Shown here: positions 36,603 through 54,032 of the stretch, piece by piece
Layout of the letters: the number at the start of each line of letters is the position of its first letter
Numbering within the stretch: the first letter of the stretch is position 1
NCBI GenBank assembly: GCA_018882585.1
Contig: VFFB01000001.1
Span: 1,793-65,792 of the forward strand
Length of the DNA: 64,000 bases
DNA from: Candidatus Kapaibacterium sp.
Lineage (GTDB): Bacteria; Bacteroidota; Ignavibacteria; Kapaibacteriales; Kapaibacteriaceae
Direction of reading: 5' to 3'
Made by a program: the position numbers and the translations under genes
The notes under the pieces: generated by a model
Told to the model about the DNA's origin: nothing
Databases searched by the model: none
Seen by the model: the letters and a program-made list of their open reading frames with translations, nothing else

Positions 36603-39485
36603 ATGCACTCCCGTTTCCTGCTCGCCCTGGTCGTCCTGGCCGGCCTAACCACGTCTGTGTTCGCACAATCCTTCAGCGCAACCGGCACCGTAGTCGACAG
36701 TGCGGCCGGTACGCCATTGAACGGCGCGCGCGTAGCATTCACACGACTTCAGGACTCCGTCATGAAAGGGGCAGTGACGGACCGTCAAGGCACGTTCACC
36801 GTCGAGGGACTCGACCGCGGCCGCTACGGCGTCCGCATCTCGTTCGTAGGCTATGCCCCCTTCGAGCGAACAGTGACGATCACAAATGGCACACTACGGA
36901 TGGGGCGCATCCAGCTTGTTGCCGGCGGCGTACAGGCCGAGGACGTTGTGGTGACCGAACGCGTGATCCCCATGCTCCAGAAGGGCGATACGTCCGAGTT
37001 CAATGCCAATGCCTACAAGGTGAACAAGGATGCCAATGCCGACGACCTTGTGCAGAAAATGCCGGGCGTTACCGTCGTGGACGGCCGCGTACAGGCCCAG
37101 GGCGAGAGCGTGCAGCGCGTACTTGTCGACGGACGTCCGTTCTTCGGTAACGACCCGAACGCTGCGCTGCGTAACCTGCCGGCCGAGATCGTCGATAAGG
37201 TCCAGATCTACGATGCCGGAAGCGACCAGCAGCGATTCACAGGTTTCGGCGATGGGAATACGACTAAGACGATGAACATCATGACCAGGATGGGCATGCG
37301 CAATGGACAGTTTGGTCGCTTTACCGCCGGCTATGGCGCCGACGACAGATACAAGGCTTCCGGCACCTACAACCTGTTCGACAACACGCAGCGAATCACC
37401 ATTCTGGCTCAATCAAACAACACGAACGAACAAAACTTCTCGATCGAAGATCTCTTCGGCGGCATGATGGGCGGCGGCAGCGGCGGCGGTGGATTCATGC
37501 GTCGCATGTCGGGCATGATGGGCGCCATGCGCAATCCCACTGGCATGATGGGCCGCTGGCGCGGTGGTGGCGGCGGCATGAGCGACTTCCTTGTCGACCA
37601 GCGCAACGGCGTTACGCTTACGCATGCAGCCGGCCTGAACTATGCCGATAAATGGGGGTCGAACATCGACGTATCAGCCAGCTACTTCGTCAACTACAGC
37701 GACAACTCGGCGACGCAGAATCTGCTGCGCCAGTTCGTGATCCCAACGCTGCAAGACCAGACATACTCACAGGACGACCAAACGACCTCGCAGAACACGA
37801 ACCATCGTTTGAACCTGCGCGCCGAGGTCGCCCTCGACACAAACACGTCGTTCCTGCTAAGTCCTCGCCTTACGCTGCAGCAGAACGACGGACTGACGTC
37901 GTTCCGTGGGAATACGCTGCTGTTGACCGACACGCTTAATCGGACGACGAACAGCACGACGACCGGCCTGACGGGCATCAACGCATCGAACGACCTGCTG
38001 TTCCGCCATCGGTTCGCGACGTTTGGACGTACCTTCTCCGTCAACATCAACACGCAGTACAACGACAACAACGGCACAAATACGCTGCTTGCCACCAACG
38101 ACTACGTTGGCCAGGGTGGCTTTATCGATACCGTCGACCAGCAATCCCGGCTTATCAAAGATGGCTATACCATTGCCCCCACGGTGACCTATACCGAACC
38201 ACTGTGGACGAACACGGGCCTGTCTTTGTCCTACAATGCGTCGTACAATGTGAGCACGTCGGACCGTCGGACCTTCACACCTGACGAGCCCTCGGCTCTG
38301 TTCGTCAACCTTGACACAACGCTGTCGAATACCTTTGCCACGACGTATTTCACACAGTCTGTCGCGCCTGCGTTTCAGTGGCAGGACGGAGAATGGCGCG
38401 CCAATGCCGGCGTTGCCGTGCAGAGGGCCGAGCTCTCGGGTGACCGTACCTTCCCGTTCAGCGGTGCCGTCCAACGCACCTTCACGAACATCCTTCCGAA
38501 TGCATCCGTCTCGATTCCCGTTACCACCGACGCATCGCTTAGGTTTAACTACACAACGCGGACGAATGCACCGTCGGTCGACCAGATGCAAAACGTGCTC
38601 AACAACACCAATCCCTTGCAGTTGTCCATCGGCGATCCGAATCTTTCACAGGACCTTTCGCACAACCTTTCGGCGCGATACGCTTCGTCGATCCCCCACT
38701 CTGCGTCAAGCTTCTTCGCCGTCGTCTCCGGCAGTGTCACGCAGGACTACATCGGCAACAGCACGGTGATCGCCGGACGCGACACCATCGTCGATGGCAT
38801 CAACCTTGGACGCGGCGCACAGCTCAGCAAACCCGTCAATATGGACGGTTTCGCCAGTGTGCGGTTCTTCTCCACGTACTCTACACCGATCGATCTGATC
38901 AAGTCGAACGTCAACGTCTTTGCGTCGTATAACCTGACGCGCACGCCGGGCATGGTAAACGGCGTCGAGAACATCGCCCTTGCTCCGGTCTACACGGGCG
39001 GCGTTGTCATCAGCAGCAACGTGAGCGAGTTCCTGGACTTCACGGTGTCCACCAACATCAGCGCAAACCAAGTGCGGAACAGCGTCCGCAGCGACCTGAA
39101 CTCCGACTTTCTGTCTGCGTTCTCGCGCTTCAAGTGGTCATGGCAGACGTGGGGCGGCATCGTCCTTGCCGGCGACGTCAGCCATCAGCTCAACAAGGGC
39201 TATACGGAAGGGTTCGACCAGAGCATCTGGCTTGTGAATGTCTCCGTGGCTAAGAAGTTCCTGCAGAACGACAGGGCCGAAGTTCGCCTGTCGGTGAACG
39301 ACGCCTTGAACCAGAACAACATGATCAACCGGAACATCACCGACGCCTACATCGAAGACACGCAGCAGAACATCCTGCGCCGCGTGATTCTACTCACATT
39401 CTCGTACTCGCTGCGCAACTTCGGCACGGGCACCAGTACGGCACCGAGCATGTTTGGCGGACCTCGGGACGGACGTCGCGACTAA
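36603..39485 (+). CDS. Paralogous outer-membrane beta-barrel protein (CarbopepD_reg, Plug, barrel) with a Met/Gly-rich low-complexity insert.
   Basis: ATG 36603 gives the signal peptide MHSRFLLALVVLAGLTTSVFAQ; the ORF track starts at 36564. Same architecture as the upstream paralog (LPGVTVVDGRVQAQGESVQRVLVDGRPFFGND). A unique insert reads FGGMMGGGSGGGGFMRRMSGMMGAMRNPTGMMGRWRGGGGGMSDF. Confidence 0.8.
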   Translation: MHSRFLLALVVLAGLTTSVFAQSFSATGTVVDSAAGTPLNGARVAFTRLQDSVMKGAVTDRQGTFTVEGLDRGRYGVRISFVGYAPFERTVTITNGTLRMGRIQLVAGGVQAEDVVVTERVIPMLQKGDTSEFNANAYKVNKDANADDLVQKMPGVTVVDGRVQAQGESVQRVLVDGRPFFGNDPNAALRNLPAEIVDKVQIYDAGSDQQRFTGFGDGNTTKTMNIMTRMGMRNGQFGRFTAGYGADDRYKASGTYNLFDNTQRITILAQSNNTNEQNFSIEDLFGGMMGGGSGGGGFMRRMSGMMGAMRNPTGMMGRWRGGGGGMSDFLVDQRNGVTLTHAAGLNYADKWGSNIDVSASYFVNYSDNSATQNLLRQFVIPTLQDQTYSQDDQTTSQNTNHRLNLRAEVALDTNTSFLLSPRLTLQQNDGLTSFRGNTLLLTDTLNRTTNSTTTGLTGINASNDLLFRHRFATFGRTFSVNINTQYNDNNGTNTLLATNDYVGQGGFIDTVDQQSRLIKDGYTIAPTVTYTEPLWTNTGLSLSYNASYNVSTSDRRTFTPDEPSALFVNLDTTLSNTFATTYFTQSVAPAFQWQDGEWRANAGVAVQRAELSGDRTFPFSGAVQRTFTNILPNASVSIPVTTDASLRFNYTTRTNAPSVDQMQNVLNNTNPLQLSIGDPNLSQDLSHNLSARYASSIPHSASSFFAVVSGSVTQDYIGNSTVIAGRDTIVDGINLGRGAQLSKPVNMDGFASVRFFSTYSTPIDLIKSNVNVFASYNLTRTPGMVNGVENIALAPVYTGGVVISSNVSEFLDFTVSTNISANQVRNSVRSDLNSDFLSAFSRFKWSWQTWGGIVLAGDVSHQLNKGYTEGFDQSIWLVNVSVAKKFLQNDRAEVRLSVNDALNQNNMINRNITDAYIEDTQQNILRRVILLTFSYSLRNFGTGTSTAPSMFGGPRDGRRD

Positions 39486-41050
39486 GGCGCAGCTCCGCGA
39501 GCCACGACGGTAGCTACGGCGCTCACGACGCGCTCGCTGGTGGCGTCCAACGCCGTGAACACGGCAACGTAGGGTCCGCGAGGCAACTCCATGCCGGCAT
39601 CATCAAGGCCGTCCCACGTGATGCTTCCTTCCGAGCCGACGATGACGTTGTCGAGCAGCGTCCGCACAATGGCTCCGTCCGTCGTGGCCACCTGCAGGAA
39701 TGCCGCCGCATGTCGGAACGGATGTCGGAATCGGATCGCATAGGGCCAGGCAGAGCCTACGTCGATCTGCCCCCGCCGGAATGGCGGCAGATCGATGGCA
39801 ACGCTGTTGCGTCTGCCCGGAGTGCCGCCTGCAAGGTCACCACTCGACGTCCATGATGCCCGATCTGCACCCACAAGACTTGGCTCGAGCTTTTCGAGGG
39901 CGACACCGCGCGTGTCGGCAAGTTCCGAGACGTGACGCGCAGGGTCGACCCGGGCAAGATCGACGGCGAATCCCGAAGGGTTCAGCAGCGTCACATCCTC
40001 GCCCCCTGCATCAATATTGAAGGAGCGTTTGACAAGGGCGACATTGGCGCGTGCGGTGTCATGCATCATCCGGCGTACGATGGTGTCTGTGGCGACCACG
40101 CCGTATCCGCCCGGAGGCAGCATGACATGTCCGTCGGCACGCACCGTATCCAGAGATTGATCGACCAGCATCCAACCATCGATATCGATTGTGTCGGCCG
40201 TGCCATTGTATACTTCGGCGTAGTCGCACTGTCCGGAACGCGGGGCAAACATGACCTCGGTGATCGACACCAGCGACGCTGGCGGAGGAATGTCAACAGC
40301 AAAATCGATAGTGTCGTTGGCCGATCTGTCATCACCCCGCTGCAGTGTGGCCTTGCAGACCACTACACGCGCCTGTGGCAGTAGGTCGAGCGGTATACTC
40401 CATGTCCACGCCTCGTCGACCATCAATTCGGGTACGGTCGTGAACATCGACGTGCCGTTGGCGATCAGCTGAAGGCGTCGCGGACGTGATGCGATCGTAC
40501 CGGCCTGCTGCACGATGACGTCGATTCGCGGCACTGGCCCGGACGGACGTATCTCGGCCACGCGCAGATCGTGCCGCATCCGCATGCGGGCATTGACGAA
40601 GCCGCAGGTTGCGCTGTCGCGAGCTACGCTCGCGCCCCACGTTCCAAGATCGTCCAACTCTATCGACCTGCCCTTGACAACGACGCGATAGGATATCGAA
40701 TCGACCAGAGTGCTGTCGGCCTTGCGAAGCACAACGACATCCGATGTGTTGTTCAGCGATGGCAACGGGCACTCGATGATCGCAGCATCGGCCACAACGC
40801 GCTGCTCGCGCAGTGCCTCTGCATCCCTTGTGACAACGACGTATGATCCCGCCGTCAGGACGTGGGCCGGCAGCTTGACGCACGTCCGAGCGTCGCAGAC
40901 GTGCCAGCCCTCCAGCTGCACAGCAACCTCACTGACGTTGACGATCTCCACCCACTCCGGCTCTCCGGCAGGGGGCGTTGCATGCACTTCGTTGATACGA
41001 ACCTGGGCGAGCGCTGCCGTTGCTGACAACAGCATAAGGATTGGCCACAT
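39482..41050 (-). CDS. Secreted protein with two lamin-tail domains (LTD) and a T9SS-type C-terminal sorting domain.
   Basis: ATG 41050 is preceded by GGAGGA. Signal peptide MWPILMLLSATAALAQ. Two LTD signatures: INEVHATPPAGEPEWVEIVN and ITEVMFAPRSGQCDYAEVYN. The C-terminus, AIVRTLLDNVIVGSEGSITWDGLDDAGMELPRGPYVAVF, matches the T9SS/FlgD-Ig-like CTD pattern. Confidence 0.7.
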   Translation of the reverse strand: MWPILMLLSATAALAQVRINEVHATPPAGEPEWVEIVNVSEVAVQLEGWHVCDARTCVKLPAHVLTAGSYVVVTRDAEALREQRVVADAAIIECPLPSLNNTSDVVVLRKADSTLVDSISYRVVVKGRSIELDDLGTWGASVARDSATCGFVNARMRMRHDLRVAEIRPSGPVPRIDVIVQQAGTIASRPRRLQLIANGTSMFTTVPELMVDEAWTWSIPLDLLPQARVVVCKATLQRGDDRSANDTIDFAVDIPPPASLVSITEVMFAPRSGQCDYAEVYNGTADTIDIDGWMLVDQSLDTVRADGHVMLPPGGYGVVATDTIVRRMMHDTARANVALVKRSFNIDAGGEDVTLLNPSGFAVDLARVDPARHVSELADTRGVALEKLEPSLVGADRASWTSSGDLAGGTPGRRNSVAIDLPPFRRGQIDVGSAWPYAIRFRHPFRHAAAFLQVATTDGAIVRTLLDNVIVGSEGSITWDGLDDAGMELPRGPYVAVFTALDATSERVVSAVATVVARGAAP

Positions 41051-41115
41051 GACTCCTCCGTTGTCATCATGTGCCAGCAGCACCTGTTTGTGTGACGCTT
41101 GACTGCGTCAAGCCG

Positions 41116-41610
41116 TCAGAGGCGCCAGTCGCAACCGTCGACAAGCAAGGCTGCAATGGCTTCGCAGCCGCGCACGTCGGCAGCACCGAAACGATCTGGA
41201 TGCGGACTGTCGATGTCAAGCACTCCCAGCAGACGATCTTCATGCAGGAGCGGCACGACGAGCTCGGACCGTGAGGCGGCGTCGCATGCGATGTGTCCGG
41301 GAAAGGCATGCACGTCAGGCACTACGATGGTGCGACGTTCCGATGCAGCTGCCCCGCATACGCCGCGGCCCATGGCGATGCGGATGCAAGCCGGCTTCCC
41401 GTTGAACGGCCCAAGGACAAGCTCGGAACCGTCAAACAGATAAAAACCAACCCAGTTTATGTTGCCGAGTGTATGATACAGCAGCGATGCAGTATTTGCC
41501 AGGTTGGCAATGGCGTTCCGCTCACCGTCGATAAGACTACGGACCTGGCCGACAATGATCGCATAGCGTTCGTCGTCGGCCAGGTTCGAAATGTCGGGGA
41601 TCGTAAACAT
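41116..41610 (-). CDS. GAF domain protein, free methionine-R-sulfoxide reductase-like.
   Basis: Single GAF domain of 164 aa (WVGFYLFDGSELVLGPFNGKPACIRIAMGRGVCG...VVPLL...LGVLDIDS). Confidence 0.7.
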   Translation of the reverse strand: MFTIPDISNLADDERYAIIVGQVRSLIDGERNAIANLANTASLLYHTLGNINWVGFYLFDGSELVLGPFNGKPACIRIAMGRGVCGAAASERRTIVVPDVHAFPGHIACDAASRSELVVPLLHEDRLLGVLDIDSPHPDRFGAADVRGCEAIAALLVDGCDWRL

Positions 41611-41636
41611 GGCTAGCAGTACTGTTGCACAGACAC

Positions 41637-48729
<7,093 letters not shown>

Positions 48730-49674
48730 TCAGTGATTGCCAACGGTGTAGGACACATTGACGACAAGCTGATTTCGAAGCTGCGTGGCAGGTCCGGTCG
48801 TACCGTTGTCGCGCACCACCGGCACACGGTGGTCGTAGAACAGATCGGTCAGCAGGCCAATGCTCAGCCAGGAGTTCACCTTCATCAGGAAGGCATTCTC
48901 GACCGTCACCACCCAAAGGGTTGGCGCGTCGTAGCGCATGAAGGCATTCAGACGCGACTTCCACGTCACGTTCTGAAAGACCTCCCAATCAATTGTCGCA
49001 TTCAGCAACGCACCCATATCGACCTTGAGGTTACTGCCGCGATCGACGCCATAGGCACCGGCGTCTGCGAGTTCCTGGTCCAGAACGATGATGCTCCGGG
49101 CCGATAGCGGTGACGCAAGCAGCCGGAACTGTGGCGCCGGCGTCCACTCGGCACCAAGTGCCAAGGTCAGGTAGGCCGGAGCAAAGATGTTCGAGATCTT
49201 CAGAAACTCCGACGAGTCGTTCGGATTGCGTTTGTCGTAGTTATACCCGATGGCCATCTGCGAGCGGAAGTCCATGAATGCCGTGTATCGCAGGCCTTCG
49301 CTCTGACGGAATGCGGCCTTCGACGTGACAATGAACCTGTCGTCGTTCTTGCGGAATGGTTCGTCGCCAACCTGCGTCAGACTGTAACCAAGGTCCAGAT
49401 CGTTGTCCCACGAGAACGTGTTGTGCGCATAGTCGGCCGAGCCAAGGACAAGGCCACGTATCGTGATGGAGTTCTGTCCACCGCCGGCCCAGTTGCTGAG
49501 CGTGACCGATGTGAACCCGGCGCCGAGTGTGGACTTCAGTTTCCACGCAACGGTATCGGGCGCAAGGGCAGCGATCTTCTGCAGGTCTTCGGCGGTCTTC
49601 TTGGGCTCGACCTGAGCTTGAGCCGTGACAAGGGCCGACAGCAACATGACGAGTGTGGCAACGGTGCGGAGCAT
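48730..49674 (-). CDS. DUF3078-like outer-membrane beta-barrel protein.
   Basis: ATG 49674 gives the signal peptide MLRTVATLVMLLSALVTAQAQ. It is beta-rich with an aromatic C-terminus. Its stop codon abuts the ligA stop. Confidence 0.55.
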   Translation of the reverse strand: MLRTVATLVMLLSALVTAQAQVEPKKTAEDLQKIAALAPDTVAWKLKSTLGAGFTSVTLSNWAGGGQNSITIRGLVLGSADYAHNTFSWDNDLDLGYSLTQVGDEPFRKNDDRFIVTSKAAFRQSEGLRYTAFMDFRSQMAIGYNYDKRNPNDSSEFLKISNIFAPAYLTLALGAEWTPAPQFRLLASPLSARSIIVLDQELADAGAYGVDRGSNLKVDMGALLNATIDWEVFQNVTWKSRLNAFMRYDAPTLWVVTVENAFLMKVNSWLSIGLLTDLFYDHRVPVVRDNGTTGPATQLRNQLVVNVSYTVGNH

Positions 49675-49781
49675 AAGCGGCAAGAGTGTGTTGTGGACGC
49701 GTGCAAAGATATCACGGCAGGACGGCCATACGCTAGGCTTACAGTACGTGTTCGCACAGTCCAAGGCCATAGATTTGCAGT

Positions 49782-50933
49782 ATGGTTCGACCGCCCGCCG
49801 TACAACATGTTCTTTCGATCCCTGCCCGCCTTGATGCATCCGTCACGGCAACAGGTGCCGGCATCGGTATTGCCATGATCGACTCGGACTTCATCGTCCA
49901 CCCCGATATCGTGCAGCCCTCATCGCGCATTCGTCGCTACGTCGACGCAACCACCGGCACGGAATCTGCGATGCCCCCTTCGGAACCATCGGCACGACAC
50001 TGGCATGGCACCATGACGGCCTGCACGGCCGCCGGGAATGGCTACCTTTCCAACGGCATGTACACGTCGCTCGCTCCGGAAGCGCACCTCGTGCTGATAC
50101 GAACGATGCACGAGAACGGTCGTATCCCAACGGAGACGATCGTGCGTGCGCTTGACTGGCTGAAGGACCATGCGCGGGAGTATCAGGTCCGCGTTGTCAA
50201 TATCTCTGTCTATGCCGACGAGATCGATCAGTCCACAGCACATCCCGTCACGCAGCGCGTGGAGCAACTCACAGCGATGGGCATCGTTGTGGTGGCTGCT
50301 GCCGGCAACAACAGTTCGGCAGCAATACGTCCGCCGGCGTCGGCGCCGAGTGCCATCACCGTTGGAGGTCTCGACGATAACAACAGCCTGTTTGTCGACG
50401 AAGCCCGGCTGTACGACTCCACCTTTGGCATTACGGCCTTGGGGATACAGAAGCCGGATGTGATCGCTCCCGCCATATGGCTGGCAGCGCCGCTGCTGCC
50501 GGATACGCCCGAGCAGCGTCAGGCGGCGGCGTTGTGCGCACTTGATGCTGTCGACGACGCAATGCTGACATCCTGTGCAACGGCGCTGGCCGAGCACACA
50601 TCGCTACCCAACGACATCGGCGACGCCGCGGACTTGCGTGAAGCCGTCACCAAGGCCATTCGGGCAAGTTCCATCGTGAGCCCCCACTACAAGATGGTCG
50701 ACGGCACGTCGTTCGCCGCCCCTATCGTTGCAAGCATCGCTGCGCAGCTGCTGTCGATCGACCCATCGCTGTCGCCAGTAGACGTCAAGCACATTCTGAT
50801 GTCGACGGCACGACCACTGTCGGGCCACGCCCACACGCGCCAGGGAAGCGGCGTCGTACAGCAGACCGAGGCCGTCGACATCGTCGTCGCCGGCTGCGGA
50901 CTCCCTGCTGTTCCATGTGATGTAGCGTCGTAG
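49782..50933 (+). CDS. Subtilisin-like serine peptidase (S8 family).
   Basis: Catalytic triad contexts: Asp GIGIAMIDSD, His HGTMTA and Ser GTSFAAP. The exact start is uncertain. Confidence 0.7.
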   Translation: MVRPPAVQHVLSIPARLDASVTATGAGIGIAMIDSDFIVHPDIVQPSSRIRRYVDATTGTESAMPPSEPSARHWHGTMTACTAAGNGYLSNGMYTSLAPEAHLVLIRTMHENGRIPTETIVRALDWLKDHAREYQVRVVNISVYADEIDQSTAHPVTQRVEQLTAMGIVVVAAAGNNSSAAIRPPASAPSAITVGGLDDNNSLFVDEARLYDSTFGITALGIQKPDVIAPAIWLAAPLLPDTPEQRQAAALCALDAVDDAMLTSCATALAEHTSLPNDIGDAADLREAVTKAIRASSIVSPHYKMVDGTSFAAPIVASIAAQLLSIDPSLSPVDVKHILMSTARPLSGHAHTRQGSGVVQQTEAVDIVVAGCGLPAVPCDVAS

Positions 50934-50969
50934 ATTTGTCGCTCAGTATTTCGCAGTACCGGGCACGCT

Positions 50970-53900
50970 ATGCTTCGCTTTGCACTTCTTCTGTTGGTGG
51001 CATCGACAACCGTCGTTGCCCAGGTCACGACCACGGCCATTGATGGTCTGCGCGACAAGCGTCATCGCTTCCGTGCCTACGTCAACTGTACGGCCGTACC
51101 GGAACCCGGTGTGCGCATCGACAATGCCGTCATCATTGTACGCAACGACCGTATCGTGAGCATTGGCGCCAAGGCCCCCATTCCGGCCGGAGCTGATGTC
51201 CGAGATCTGAAGGGGGCATGGGTCTACGCCGGATTCGTCGACCCCTATGTCGACGTTGCGGCGCTGGCCGGCGGCAAGAGCGAGGCTCCGACGCCGCCAT
51301 GGGCATCCGAAGAGGACGAAGGCCCCGGAACGCCGCCGGCAAAAGGTGCCCGTCACTGGAATCAGGCCATCCACCCTGAACATCGCACGTCGCTGCAATT
51401 GCAGATCACAGCAGATGCCGCCAAGTCATTCGCCAAGCTAGGAATCACCGCTGCCGCAGCAGGTGCACACGACGGCATCTTCCAGGGCACGTCGGCAGCA
51501 GTACTGCTGCGCGCCGGAACGGCCGCAACAACCGTCATCGAAGACAACGTCTATCACGGCCTGTCCTTCCTGAAGGGCACGTCAAAAACGCCCTATCCGA
51601 GCTCGCAGATGGGGTCGATCGCGCTGATCCGCCAGGCCTTCAGCGATGCCGACTGGTATGGACGCGCCAAGGCAGCCGTTGCTCGTAATCCAAAACTCCC
51701 CGTCGTTGAAACGAATGTTGCCCACGAGGCTCTGCGTGCCGCTCTTGATGCCAAGAAGACCTTCGTTGCACACACGCAGGACGAGCATGACATCCTGCGT
51801 TGGCAGCTGATCGCAAAAGAGTTTCCGTTCGAGATTGCCTACCGTGGGACCGGTTCCGAGTACCGACGTCTTGCCATGGTGGCCACCACGAAGCCAACGA
51901 TCATCCTTCCGCTGCAACTGCCGGAGGTGCCGGATGTGAGCGACATCTCCTCGGCCCATCGCGTGGGCCTCGAAGAGCTCATCCACTGGTACTGGGCAGC
52001 CGACAACGCTCGTTTGCTGGACAGTGCAGGTTGTCGTATTGCCTTCACCACCGACGGGCTCAAGGACCGTTCGACGTATTTGTCGGCCATTCGCACCTTC
52101 ATCGAGCGCGGCCTTCCGCGTGAGCGCGCCCTTGCGGCCATGACGACGCACGCGGCGTCCATCGCCGGCATTGCCGACCGCTGCGGCAAGATCGCCGGTG
52201 GATACGTTGCGAACCTGGTGATCACCGACGGCGAACTCTTTGACGAGAAGACGGCCATTCGATCGGTTGTCGTGGCCGGCGACGAACACATGCTTGCTCC
52301 CAAGCCCGACGTTGACATTCGTGGTAACTGGACGGTGGCTGCCGTTGCAGGCAAGACACTGCGTGCCCGCATCTCGGGCGAAGAAGAGCAACCCTCGGCT
52401 GAATTCACATCCGACAGCATCGCCCTTGGCTCGACATTGAACGTCGACAATGGTCGCATCTCCTTTACCATCCGCGTCGACACGCTTGGCATGAAGGGTG
52501 TGGCCAGAGGCACGGCCGTTCTGGACAGCATCCTGATGCAGGCCACTGTCGTGTTGCCCGACGGCAGCACGACATCCGTCGTCTTCCGTCGCGACTCAGC
52601 CCTTGCCGGCGAACAACCGGCAAAGCCGGCCGTTGCCGGAGCACGTCGCGGCTTGCCGAATTGGCTGCCGCTGGGCCCATATGGACGATCGGCCATGCCA
52701 GCCCAGGAATCCGTCCTGCTGCGGAATGCCACGGTCTGGACATGCGCCTCTGACGGCGTGCTGCAGAATGCCGACGTGCTGATCCAAGGCGGCAAGATCG
52801 CCGGCGTAGGCAAAGGTCTTGGCGGTGCCAGCACCACCATCGATGCCACGGGCATGCACGTTACGCCGGGCATCATCGACGAGCATTCGCACATTGCCAT
52901 CGCGCGGGGCGTAAACGAGGGAACACACGCCGTCACCACGGAAGTACGCATTGGCGACGTGCTGGATCCGGACGACGTCAACATCTACCGTCAACTCAGC
53001 GGCGGCGTCACCGGCACGCACCTGCTGCATGGCTCGGCAAATCCGATGGGCGGACAGCTGCAGATGATCAAGATGCGCTGGGGTAGCGATGCCGAGGGCC
53101 TGAAGTGCCGCGAGGCTGCACCGACCGTCAAGTTCGCCCTTGGCGAGAACGTCAAGCAGTCCAACTGGGGCGATCGATTTACGGTGCGCTATCCGCAGAC
53201 GCGCATGGGCGTCGAACAGATCATGCGTGATGCCTTCCGTGCCGCCGTCGAGTACGATCGCGACATGAAGGCTGCTGCTACCGACCCCTCGAAGATGCCT
53301 GTTCGACGCGACCTTCAGCTTGACGCGCTTGTCGAGATCGTGAACAGCATCCGCAAGATCCACTGTCACTCCTACGTCCAGAGCGAGATCCTCATGCTGA
53401 TGCGCCTGTGCGAGGAGTTTGGCTTCCGCGTGCACAACTTCACGCACATCCTTGAGGGCTACAAGGTGGCATCCGAAATGGCAAAGCACGGCGCCACGGC
53501 ATCGTCATTTGCCGACTGGTGGGCGTACAAGATGGAGGTCTATGATGCCATTCCCGAGAATCCGGCCATCATGCACGAGCAAGGCGTAACGGTCGGCGTC
53601 AACTCTGACGATGCCGAAATGGCCCGACGCTTGAATCAGGAATCCGCAAAGAGCGTCAAGTACGGCAACGTCACCGAAGCCGACGCCATGAAGTTCCCCA
53701 CCATCAACGCTGCCAAGCAGATGGTGCTTAGCGACCGGACGGGTAGCCTTGAAGTTGGTAAGGACGCCGACGTCGTACTGTGGACCGGCAATCCGCTGTC
53801 GAACATGTCACGTGTACAAAGCACATGGGTCGAGGGACGTCGGCAGTTCGACCGCGACGAAGATGCCCTCATGCGTCAGCGTGACGCCGAGCTGCGCCGC

Positions 53901-54026
53901 TTCCTTGAACAGGAAGCCATGCAGTCGATCGGCAAGGGGGCAGCGAAAGCACCTGCGGCCAAGCGCGTTCCGCGTGAGTATCACTGCGAGGATATTGACG
54001 ACCAAGTAGCCGGAACGGGCAACTAA
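50970..54026 (+). CDS. Large secreted amidohydrolase-family protein (two amidohydrolase domains, 1018 aa).
   Basis: Signal peptide MLRFALLLLVASTTVVAQ. Two metal-dependent amidohydrolase modules (PGIIDEHSHIAIARG with the HxH metal ligands; GVNSDDAEMA in the C-terminal Asp region). Confidence 0.75.
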   Translation: MLRFALLLLVASTTVVAQVTTTAIDGLRDKRHRFRAYVNCTAVPEPGVRIDNAVIIVRNDRIVSIGAKAPIPAGADVRDLKGAWVYAGFVDPYVDVAALAGGKSEAPTPPWASEEDEGPGTPPAKGARHWNQAIHPEHRTSLQLQITADAAKSFAKLGITAAAAGAHDGIFQGTSAAVLLRAGTAATTVIEDNVYHGLSFLKGTSKTPYPSSQMGSIALIRQAFSDADWYGRAKAAVARNPKLPVVETNVAHEALRAALDAKKTFVAHTQDEHDILRWQLIAKEFPFEIAYRGTGSEYRRLAMVATTKPTIILPLQLPEVPDVSDISSAHRVGLEELIHWYWAADNARLLDSAGCRIAFTTDGLKDRSTYLSAIRTFIERGLPRERALAAMTTHAASIAGIADRCGKIAGGYVANLVITDGELFDEKTAIRSVVVAGDEHMLAPKPDVDIRGNWTVAAVAGKTLRARISGEEEQPSAEFTSDSIALGSTLNVDNGRISFTIRVDTLGMKGVARGTAVLDSILMQATVVLPDGSTTSVVFRRDSALAGEQPAKPAVAGARRGLPNWLPLGPYGRSAMPAQESVLLRNATVWTCASDGVLQNADVLIQGGKIAGVGKGLGGASTTIDATGMHVTPGIIDEHSHIAIARGVNEGTHAVTTEVRIGDVLDPDDVNIYRQLSGGVTGTHLLHGSANPMGGQLQMIKMRWGSDAEGLKCREAAPTVKFALGENVKQSNWGDRFTVRYPQTRMGVEQIMRDAFRAAVEYDRDMKAAATDPSKMPVRRDLQLDALVEIVNSIRKIHCHSYVQSEILMLMRLCEEFGFRVHNFTHILEGYKVASEMAKHGATASSFADWWAYKMEVYDAIPENPAIMHEQGVTVGVNSDDAEMARRLNQESAKSVKYGNVTEADAMKFPTINAAKQMVLSDRTGSLEVGKDADVVLWTGNPLSNMSRVQSTWVEGRRQFDRDEDALMRQRDAELRRFLEQEAMQSIGKGAAKAPAAKRVPREYHCEDIDDQVAGTGN

Positions 54027-54032
54027 GCGAGC

